From positions 3,103 to 67,102 of the forward strand of contig DYGD01000003.1 in assembly GCA_020724885.1 (NCBI GenBank): a DNA stretch of 64,000 nt, read 5' to 3'. Both the position numbers and the translations under genes were made by a program. Source of the DNA: Candidatus Paceibacter sp. Its GTDB lineage: Bacteria; Patescibacteriota; Minisyncoccia; Phycocordibacterales; BOKC01. Positions within the stretch are counted from its first letter, which is position 1, and each line of letters starts with the position of its first letter. Under the pieces are notes generated by a model. That model ran no database searches. It saw nothing but the letters and a program-made list of their open reading frames with translations, and was not told the origin of the DNA. Shown here piece by piece: positions 57,185 to 64,000 of this stretch.

Positions 57185-57526
57185 AGGTATAAACAGACGA
57201 CACGTTACTACCGGCACTTCGCTTTCTGAAAAAGGCCTGATTCCCCACAGGATGGGGTTCGGGCTCTGGTCTAACGACCGAGGCGAGGGAATGGGAAACC
57301 GTGTCTGCTGTAGGGGTTACTCTCGCGCGAAGAGTACGCGCGAAAGCGAGAGTAAAAAACAGGGTGGTTGGTACCGTCCGTAACATATCGGACAAAAGGA
57401 CTTCGTCTGTAATTTGTGCAGACAGACGGTAGGAGGAAACCATACTCCCTCCACCCTGCCCCACGACCCGCTCGTTGCATTGATCCTCACCGACCAGGGG
57501 ATCATCTTGCGCGAGCGGGTTTTTTC
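57185..57526 (+). ncRNA. Putative large structured non-coding RNA (unknown family)
   Basis: Promoter, nested multi-helix domains, GAAA/TTCG/TAAC loops, terminator ACCCGCTCG..CGAGCGGGTTTTTT. Confidence 0.55.
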
Positions 57527-57599
57527 ATTTGAATTACCCTAGCGCCTAGCGCCTGTTTACCCCGTCTGGACTTTTTAGAAAACCTGGAGTAATATGGGA

Positions 57600-57785
57600 T
57601 GGTACTTTTAATTGTTAATTTTATGATTTCGCTTCTTTTTAGTTTTTCTGTTGATTCTGCTGATTTTTTGCCGATTATGCCTAAAAACAACTTATTTCCG
57701 CCGAGGATATATTTACCAATCCCATTTTAAGGACTTCTGGTTGTTGTCTGAAGATAGGAAATTCTAGAAAAAAGCGAGTTCATTC
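57600..57785 (+). ncRNA. 6S-RNA-like long hairpin / structured leader upstream of rny
   Basis: ~28-bp closing stem (57623-57652/57753-57783) with G-U pairs; promoter-like TGGACT-N17-TAATAT. Confidence 0.4.
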
Positions 57786-57791
57786 GCTTTT

Positions 57792-59321
57792 ATGTCGTTA
57801 AAATTAGTTTTACTTTTGCTGATTGCCGCCGGTTTGGTCGGTACGGCTTTTGGCTATTTCTTGCGCTGGATAATTTCTTTGGGCAAGAAGGGTTCGGTTG
57901 AACTGGAAATAAAGCAGAGGATTTTTGAGGCCAACAGCGAAGCCAAAAAGATTGTTTCTGAAGCGGAAGAAAAAGCCAGAGAAACTCTTGAGGAGGTCAA
58001 GCGTGAGGTTAAAGAACGAGAGGCGGGGATCAAGAAGCAAGAAGAGCGCCTGATTAAGAAAGAGGAATTTTTGGATAATCGGCAGATGGATCTTGATAAG
58101 GAAGCCGAAAACCTGAAGGAGAAGGTTGCTGAAGTCAGGGCGATAAAAGACAAGACCGAAGATTTACAAAAGCAAAAGCAATCTGAATTAGAAAAACTGA
58201 GCCAGTTATCAAAAGATGAGGCTCGCGCCGAGCTTTTTGCCGCAGTGGAAAAAGAGAGTGAAGAGGACTTGGTTGTTAGAATGCAGAAACTTGAATTGCA
58301 AGCCAGCGAGCGCTTGGAAAGAAAAGCCAAAGATATTCTCGCCACAACTATTCAGCGTCTGGCGACATCCGTCTCTTCAGATATCATGACGACAAATGTT
58401 GCCATTCCATCGGGCGAGGTAAAGGGCAAAGTTATAGGCAAAGAAGGTCGCAATATTAAGGCCTTTGAAAGAGCTACGGGCGTGGAAGTTATTATAGACG
58501 ATACCCCCGGTTCTATAACCCTGTCTTCTTTTGATCCGATTAGGCGTCAGGTCGCCAGAGTGGCTCTGGAGAATCTGATTTTGGACGGTCGAATTCAGCC
58601 GGCTAAGATTGAGGAAATGGTGTCTAAAGCCAAAGAAGAAGTCGGCAAAATTATCAAAGAAAAGGGAGAGCAGGCGGCTTATGAGTGCGGTGTGCTAAAC
58701 CTTGACCCCAGAATTGTAATGATTTTGGGTCGCCTTCATTTTCGGACCAGTTATGGCCAGAACGTGCTCCAACATTCAATTGAAATGGCTCATATCGCCG
58801 GAATGCTTGCCGAAGAGCTTGATGCCGATATTGCCGTAGCTAAGGCCGGCGCCCTGCTCCACGACATCGGCAAAGCCCTTGATCATGAAGTGGTTGGTAG
58901 TCATGTTGAAATTGGGCGCAGAATTCTTCAGAAATTTGGCGCTAGCGAGGAAATCATAAAAGCTATGCAGGCCCACCATGAAGAATATCCATACGAAACC
59001 ATTGAATCAATCATTGTTCAGGTGGCTGATTCAATTTCGGGTGGCAGACCCGGCGCGAGACGCGATACGGTGGAGAATTATCTTAAAAGATTAGGCGAGT
59101 TGGAGGCGATTGCCAATTCTTTTGAAGGTGTTGAAAAATCTTATGCTCTGCAAGCCGGTCGAGAGATCAGAATTTTCGTTACCCCGGAAGCGATTTCTGA
59201 TCTTGATGCTCAAAAAATAGCCAGAGACATTGCGATGAGAATAGAAAATGAGCTGAAATACCCCGGCGAGATAAAAGTCAATGTGATTCGGGAGACAAGG
59301 GTGGTGGAATATGCCCGGTAA
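57792..59321 (+). CDS. rny: Ribonuclease Y
   Basis: N-terminal TM, coiled coil, KH (KGKVIGKEGRNI), HD (LLHDIGKA), YPGEIKV. Confidence 0.97.
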   Translation: MSLKLVLLLLIAAGLVGTAFGYFLRWIISLGKKGSVELEIKQRIFEANSEAKKIVSEAEEKARETLEEVKREVKEREAGIKKQEERLIKKEEFLDNRQMDLDKEAENLKEKVAEVRAIKDKTEDLQKQKQSELEKLSQLSKDEARAELFAAVEKESEEDLVVRMQKLELQASERLERKAKDILATTIQRLATSVSSDIMTTNVAIPSGEVKGKVIGKEGRNIKAFERATGVEVIIDDTPGSITLSSFDPIRRQVARVALENLILDGRIQPAKIEEMVSKAKEEVGKIIKEKGEQAAYECGVLNLDPRIVMILGRLHFRTSYGQNVLQHSIEMAHIAGMLAEELDADIAVAKAGALLHDIGKALDHEVVGSHVEIGRRILQKFGASEEIIKAMQAHHEEYPYETIESIIVQVADSISGGRPGARRDTVENYLKRLGELEAIANSFEGVEKSYALQAGREIRIFVTPEAISDLDAQKIARDIAMRIENELKYPGEIKVNVIRETRVVEYAR

Positions 59322-59449
59322 AACCTTGCCTTGCCTAAAAAATCGCTTGAGATATAATGTTTTTAGCTATAAAGCATATAAAGCTTTGTGGAACGAGGAA
59401 AAGTCGAAGTTCCTTTGGTCCGGATTATAAGCAATTTCAAAATATTATT

Positions 59450-59722
59450 ATGAATAAAGCATCAATTGTTGAGGCGGTACACGCCAAGATCGGTGGCACC
59501 AAAGTTCAAGCCGAACAGGCAGTGGACACTGTGGTTGATTCAATAATCAACTCTTTGAAGCAGGGCAATGAGGTTTCTATTGCCGGCTTGGGAATTTTTT
59601 CGGTTAAAACCAGAGCGGCCCGAACCGCCAGAAACCCTCGCACTGGCGAGTCCATTCAAGTGCCCTCTATGAAAGTGCCTAAGTTTAGAGCCGCTAAAGG
59701 TCTCAAAGACGCGGTGAAATAG
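59450..59722 (+). CDS. hup: DNA-binding protein HU
   Basis: MNKASIV, G.GIF, ARNPRTGE, PKFRA.K.LK. Confidence 0.93.
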   Translation: MNKASIVEAVHAKIGGTKVQAEQAVDTVVDSIINSLKQGNEVSIAGLGIFSVKTRAARTARNPRTGESIQVPSMKVPKFRAAKGLKDAVK

Positions 59723-59795
59723 ATCTCTTCAAAAACTAAAACTTTCTTAAGTAAAATACCGCCGGCCAAATGGTCGGTGGTATTTTACTTAAGGA

Positions 59796-59946
59796 TGTGG
59801 GATGGGAGAATCGGTCAGCTTCGTCGGATTTTTTACTTCGCTCTGCTCGCAAAAAATCTCGACTACCCGACCCGCGCTTGGCGGCTCGCCGCTCGCAATG
59901 CTCGCGTCGGCTTCGCGCCGCCTCGGTTCAATTCTCCCTTTCCCTA
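59796..59946. repeat. Hairpin element bounded by copies of the tRNA-Gly 3' end
   Basis: TGTGGGATGGGAGAATCG (17/18 to 59993-60010) ... GGTTCAATTCTCCCTTTCCC in inverted orientation; GC-rich GCTCGC core. Confidence 0.7.
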
Positions 59947-59992
59947 TAAAAATATACTCCGTAAATAATTCTTATTCACTCCGTTATTTTTT

Positions 59993-60063
59993 TGCGGGAT
60001 GGGAGAATCGAACTCCCAACCTCAGTTTGGAAAACTGATATTTTACCATTAAACTAATCCCGC
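59993..60063 (-). tRNA. tRNA-Gly(TCC)
   Basis: GCGGGAT/ATCCCGC acceptor; TCAGT-TTTCCAA-ACTGA anticodon arm. Confidence 0.93.
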
Positions 60064-60100
60064 AACTCTTCATTGGAAGAGTTTACCAGTTTACAAGAAA

Positions 60101-60136
60101 TTTAAAAGCCCCGCGCGCAAGCGCGGGGCTTTTAAA
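60101..60136. terminator. Intrinsic terminator
   Basis: TTTAAAAGCCCCGCGC-GCAA-GCGCGGGGCTTTTAAA. Confidence 0.8.
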
Positions 60137-60220
60137 CTACATAGCAGTTTCTTCTTCGGTAGGGGTTTCAGGAGTAGGAGTGGTTTGCTCATCTCCTGTC
60201 GGAGTTGTTTGATCGTCCAT
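60137..60220 (-). CDS. Tiny acidic Thr/Pro-rich peptide (27 aa), not in the ORF track
   Basis: MDDQTTPTGDEQTTPTPETPTEEETAM*; terminator abuts the stop. Confidence 0.5.
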   Translation of the reverse strand: MDDQTTPTGDEQTTPTPETPTEEETAM

Positions 60221-60353
60221 TGTGATTTTCAGATTAACCCTGAGAAACCTGTTTCCTAAAAAAAATTAAGAAACAGACAAAGCAGAGCGCGCTGATAATT
60301 AAATCCGGCCAATTAAGCCAGATTTAAATCATTATACACTATTTTTTAAAAAG

Positions 60354-60659
60354 TCAAAGCTTTTTGGAAGAAATGTCTATAACTTTTTGGAAATCGTCTT
60401 TATCGCTCACCCCATTTCTTTTTTTAAATCGGCAGATTTCGCATTCGTGGACTAAAAAATATTTGCCGCTTTTTTTAAAGACAGATACTGGTCTCATCAT
60501 CCCACCGCACTCGGCTCTCCTATCTCCGGGGTTTATATCAACATGCCGGCTCCAAAGGCATTTTGGGCAATGATTGGTGTAGCCGTTTCCGCTTACACTA
60601 TGTCCACATTTTTTACAAACAAAATCCTCCTTATTTTTTTGAAATTTTCTCGCCCCCAT
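60354..60659 (-). CDS. RNHCP-domain zinc-binding protein
   Basis: F.C..CG..YTNHCPKCLWS.HVD..PGDR...CGG.M. Confidence 0.85.
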   Translation of the reverse strand: MGARKFQKNKEDFVCKKCGHSVSGNGYTNHCPKCLWSRHVDINPGDRRAECGGMMRPVSVFKKSGKYFLVHECEICRFKKRNGVSDKDDFQKVIDISSKKL

Positions 60660-60703
60660 ATTTGGCAAAAATATGCTAACATAGCAAGGCCTTGGAGAAA
60701 AAG

Positions 60704-60769
60704 CGGGGCGTAGTATATCGGCAGTATACATGGTTTGGGACCATGAGGTCCGAGCACGCCCCCACACCA
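60704..60769 (+). pseudogene. T-arm-less tRNA-Pro(TGG)-like copy
   Basis: Anticodon arm identical and D-arm near-identical to the neighbouring tRNA; T-loop and 3' T-stem missing; acceptor GGGGCG/CGCCCC. Confidence 0.7.
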
Positions 60770-60798
60770 ATATTTGAAATAAAGTAAGTATGTTATTA

Positions 60799-60869
60799 CG
60801 GGATGTAGTATAGTGGTAGTATACATGGTTTGGGACCATGAGGTCCGAGTTCGATTCTCGGCATCCCGA
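60799..60869 (+). tRNA. tRNA-Pro(TGG)
   Basis: CGGGATG/CATCCCG acceptor; CATGG-TTTGGGA-CCATG; CCGAG-TTCGATT-CTCGG. Confidence 0.93.
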
Positions 60870-60917
60870 AAAAATATATTGGTGTGAGATAAAATTCTCG
60901 GCGCTCTAATAGCCAAA

Positions 60918-61277
60918 TCACTCCGGCACCACATCTTCTATAATCTTAATTCTTGCTGTGCCGGATTCCGGATTTAACAAAATTGGTATGACCAAAAAAC
61001 GCCAATTTTTCCCTTCCAGGTTTTTTCTCAAGGTGTAAATTTGAATGGCGCGGGAGATTCTTTTTAACTTATAATGGTCTACCCTTTCTTCTGGCCGATT
61101 TTCTTTATCTACTTTGTCTAAACTGGTTTTAACTTCAACAAAATAAAATTCTTTGTCTTTTATGGCAATAATGTCCAACTCACCTACTTTCTTACTGAAA
61201 TTCCTTTCTACAATTTTAAACCCCCTTTTTACCAGATAAGCGGAGGCAATTTCTTCGCCCTTTTTTCCTATATTCAT
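60918..61277 (-). CDS. yraN: YraN (UPF0102) family nuclease
   Basis: GKKGEEIA..YL, GELDIIA, FVEVK. Confidence 0.88.
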   Translation of the reverse strand: MNIGKKGEEIASAYLVKRGFKIVERNFSKKVGELDIIAIKDKEFYFVEVKTSLDKVDKENRPEERVDHYKLKRISRAIQIYTLRKNLEGKNWRFLVIPILLNPESGTARIKIIEDVVPE

Positions 61278-61500
61278 TATCTTTAAATTTCTAAAGAACC
61301 TTCGCCCTAAAGGTCAGTTTAGGGACTTTTTTAGGTAATTTGTCCTTTTAATTCACATTTCCACAGAGTTATCCACAGATTTGTGGATATTTGTTATCAA
61401 AAAAGCGTTGAAAATCTGCCTTAAATTATGGCTTTTTAGTCAAAGTTTATTCAATTTTTCCGATCTTCGTGTTGCTATCAAAGTTCTTTAGGACACTTTA

Positions 61501-61831
61501 TGCGGGCACCCACACCTTTCATGTTACTGCAGACTTTCAGAAATTCTTCTTTTAAGTCGGGCGAACGCTTTACCATCTTTTGTAAGAGACACTTCCCGTT
61601 TAGGAGCGTCAGATTCACTATGAAATGCTTCATAGTAGCGCAGTAAAAACGGTTTCCGCGGTTTTGTAGATGGCACTTTTCCCTCGTTGTGTTCTGAAGG
61701 TCTGCGTTTCAAATCATCAGTAGAGTCGATATATAAATTTCCATCCTTCTTACTTTTCAAAAAAAGCGATAATACATACTTATTGTTACCTATGATTTGA
61801 AACAATAACATGAAAGGTGAGGGTGCGGGCA
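61501..61831 (-). mobile_element. Inverted-repeat-bounded cassette with degenerate GIY-YIG gene at the tRNA-Gly 3' end
   Basis: 18-bp IRs (17/18) at 61509-61526 and 61806-61823; 8-bp direct repeat TGCGGGCA at 61501-61508 and 61824-61831. Confidence 0.65.
61524..61811 (-). pseudogene. Degenerate GIY-YIG nuclease
   Basis: LKSKKDGNLYIDSTDDLKRR..HN..YYEAF; YIG changed to YID; ATG-TAT-TAT start out of frame. Confidence 0.7.
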
Positions 61832-61894
61832 GGGAGAATCGAACTCCCGTCTGATCCTTGGCAAGGATCTGTCATGCCACTAAACTATGCCCGC
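61824..61894 (-). tRNA. tRNA-Gly(GCC)
   Basis: GCGGGCA/TGCCCGC acceptor; GATCC-TTGCCAA-GGATC. Confidence 0.95.
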
Positions 61895-61983
61895 GATTTA
61901 ATTGACCAGCAAAATCCTACAATTCACAACTCAAGAATATCAGAATCAAAATTAATTTCAATTTTCGGCTGTTGGTTTATTTG

Positions 61984-62056
61984 CGTCCCTGAGAGGATTT
62001 GAACCCCTGGCCTCTTCCTCCGGAGGGAAGCGCTCTATCCGCTGAGCTACAGGGAC
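61984..62056 (-). tRNA. tRNA-Arg(CCG)
   Basis: GTCCCTG/CAGGGAC acceptor; CTTCC-CTCCGGA-GGAAG. Confidence 0.93.
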
Positions 62057-62145
62057 AAAATTTTAATATCGGGGTCTGTTAAATCCCGACGCTTCAGTCG
62101 GGACCTCGACCTCCGGCACACCCTGTGGTCGGAGCTCCAACGATA

Positions 62146-62218
62146 TACCCCCGGAAGGAATCGAACCCTCATCTGCGGTTCCGAAGACCGCTGCTTTTAT
62201 CCTTTAAGCTACGGGGGC
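62146..62218 (-). tRNA. tRNA-Arg(TCG)
   Basis: GCCCCCG/CGGGGGT acceptor; GCGGT-CTTCGGA-ACCGC. Confidence 0.92.
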
Positions 62219-62239
62219 GATTGATTTGTACCACCGTCT

Positions 62240-62647
62240 TTATTTTGCAGTTTTTCTCCTATGACAATTGGCACATAAAACTTGACATTTTACTATTTCC
62301 TCCTTTATTGTATTTAAATTGTGATTCCTCCCAAGAATTGATACATCAGAAGTCTTTATAAAGTTCGGGAGATGATCAAACTCTAGAACAATAGGATCTT
62401 TTTCGCCACAATGCAAGCAAGGATGTTTTTTTAAATAATCATGCAGATATTTTCTGATTTCACTCCTAATTCTTTTGTTCCTCTTATATGCTTTCAATAA
62501 ATAATATTTTTTATTTTTTTCATAATGTGATTTTAAGTAAAATCGTCCACATTTCTTACAGTAACCATGCTTAATACCTCTTTCTTTATTTTTAAAACTA
62601 AATTCATCTAAAGGCTTTTCAATTTTACATCGATTACAAATTCTCAT
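62240..62647 (-). CDS. HNH-like zinc-finger endonuclease
   Basis: C..C..EKP..EF, C..C, C..CGEKDPIVLEFDH, KCQVLCANCH. Confidence 0.8.
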   Translation of the reverse strand: MRICNRCKIEKPLDEFSFKNKERGIKHGYCKKCGRFYLKSHYEKNKKYYLLKAYKRNKRIRSEIRKYLHDYLKKHPCLHCGEKDPIVLEFDHLPNFIKTSDVSILGRNHNLNTIKEEIVKCQVLCANCHRRKTAK

Positions 62648-62750
62648 TGCAATATTATATCAAATTACTACTTCGAATCATAGTCAGCTTTCAAGGGACA
62701 AAGTAGACGCGATTAGCTAAAAATCAAAGCGTATATTAAAATTACTTGAA

Positions 62751-64000
62751 ATGAACTTCACCATCCCTAAGGAAATTACCGAAATAGCTGAAAAGCTAAA
62801 AAAGGGCGGTTTTGAGGCCTATTTAGTGGGTGGTTGCGTAAGAGATTTGCTTTTAGGTCTTAAGCCGAAGGATTGGGATTTTGCTACGAACGCTTTACCG
62901 GAAGAAATAATGAAAATTTTTAGTAATTCTTTTTACGAAAATGATTATGGCACGGTTGGAGTTGTGAATGATAATGTTTCTGATGAAACCTTAAAGGTTG
63001 TTGAAATCACTCCCTATCGAGAGGAATCCGAGTACACTGATTTTAGGAGGCCGGATAAAGTATCTTTTGGTACGACCTTGGAAAAAGATTTAGAAAGAAG
63101 AGATTTTACGATTAATGCGATGGCGTTTGATCCGACTAAAGGACAACTCATTGATATCCATAAAGGACAAAAGGATATAAAGGACAAAATTGTTAGAGCA
63201 GTAGGTAGTCCGGTGGATAGATTTTCAGAAGACGGTCTTAGAATACTAAGGGCTATCCGAATTTCTTCAGAGTTGGGTCTAAGTATAGAAAAAGAAACGG
63301 AAAAAGCCATAATTTCAAGCGCCAGTTTCATAAGAAACATCTCCAAGGAAAGAATAAGAGACGAATTTTCAAGAATAATTGACTCAAAAAATCCAGTAGG
63401 CGGTCTCATTCTTTGCCAAAATCTAGGGGTTTTAAAAGAATTTCTGCCGGAATTAGAGCAATCTGTGGGTGTAAAACAGAATAAAGCTCATTCTTACGAT
63501 GTCTGGACTCATCTTTTGAAAAGTTTAGAACATTCAAATAAGAAGAATATGAAGTTTCATGTGAAACTTTCTGCTCTTTTTCATGATATATCCAAACCAG
63601 AGACCAGAAGATGGTCTGATGAAAAGAAAGATTGGACTTTCTATGGTCATGACGTTGTTGGTTCTAGGGTAACAGAAAGAATTTTGAAGAGATTGAAGTT
63701 TCCCATGAAACTTATTGAAAATGTGGTTATTTTGGTTAGATGGCATATGTTTTTCTCTGATACTGATAAAATAACACTTTCTGCGGTTAGAAGGTTGGTT
63801 TCTAGGGTTGGAAAAGAAAATATTTGGGACTTGATGGATCTTAGAGCTTGCGACAGAATAGGAACGGGACGGCCCAAGGAAAGTCCTTACAGATTGAGAA
63901 AATTTCATTCAATGATAGAGGAAGTCATGGCGGATCCGGTTTCTGTTTCTATGCTTAAAATAGACGGTAAGAAGATTATGGAAGTTTCACAAGAAACACC
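62751..64000 (+). CDS. cca: CCA tRNA nucleotidyltransferase with HD domain (3' truncated; not in the ORF track)
   Basis: My translation: MNFTIPKEI..EAYLVGGCVRDLLLG..PKDWDFATNA..RRDFTINAMA..RFSEDGLR..LFHDISK; none of the 7 intact tRNAs here encodes CCA. Confidence 0.92.
   Translation, partial: MNFTIPKEITEIAEKLKKGGFEAYLVGGCVRDLLLGLKPKDWDFATNALPEEIMKIFSNSFYENDYGTVGVVNDNVSDETLKVVEITPYREESEYTDFRRPDKVSFGTTLEKDLERRDFTINAMAFDPTKGQLIDIHKGQKDIKDKIVRAVGSPVDRFSEDGLRILRAIRISSELGLSIEKETEKAIISSASFIRNISKERIRDEFSRIIDSKNPVGGLILCQNLGVLKEFLPELEQSVGVKQNKAHSYDVWTHLLKSLEHSNKKNMKFHVKLSALFHDISKPETRRWSDEKKDWTFYGHDVVGSRVTERILKRLKFPMKLIENVVILVRWHMFFSDTDKITLSAVRRLVSRVGKENIWDLMDLRACDRIGTGRPKESPYRLRKFHSMIEEVMADPVSVSMLKIDGKKIMEVSQET

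Noticed and set aside
57185-57526. RNase P RNA, tmRNA or SRP RNA identity for the structured islets (also 3066-3384)
   Set aside because: Could not find GAGGAAAGUCC/CR-V, tRNA-like termini with a tag ORF, or the SRP helix-8 motif by eye; a very divergent version cannot be excluded without cmsearch.
59385-59425. GAGGAAAAGTC resembling RNase P CR-I
   Set aside because: Lies in a small hairpin of the short HU leader; no room or other conserved regions.
63014-63908. Minus-strand ORFs at the window end
   Set aside because: Antisense shadows of the plus-strand cca gene that runs off the window.
1-64000. CRISPR array or cas genes
   Set aside because: No regularly spaced 25-40-bp repeats with unique spacers; the tandem repeats seen are 7-9-mers.
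1-64000. Alternative genetic code (UGA=Gly)
   Set aside because: Conserved genes are full length under code 11, and several end at TGA (e.g. pilB, rsmA).

Overview
Chromosomal segment of a small-genome, host-associated bacterium, most likely Patescibacteria/CPR (Parcubacteria-like; code 11, TGA is stop). It spans the replication origin (ruvC-dnaN-oriC-dnaA | rpmH-rnpA-yidC-jag). Most genes are housekeeping (ruvAB, murE, mutM, holA, polA, PBP1A, tyrS, rsmA, pcrA, comM, pnp, clpP, rny, HU, cca). There are 7 tRNAs plus one T-armless tRNA-Pro copy, a CPR-type T4SS locus (pilin, VirB4, PrgI, VirB6), a PilB/PilC/minor-pilin cluster and a VapBC pair. The most unusual signals lie outside the core genes. 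(i) Several GC-rich islets each carry a near-consensus sigma70 promoter and a terminator. Two look like ~300-340 nt highly structured RNAs of no family I recognise, and one encodes an apparent diversity-generating-retroelement (DGR) target with no RT/TR in the window. (ii) A boxA-like motif follows three promoters that drive long untranslated RNA. (iii) Two long-hairpin 6S-like RNA candidates are present. (iv) Hairpin-bounded GIY-YIG/HNH mini-cassettes and duplicated tRNA 3' ends cluster around the tRNAs. All calls are by eye; no searches or folding programs were run.
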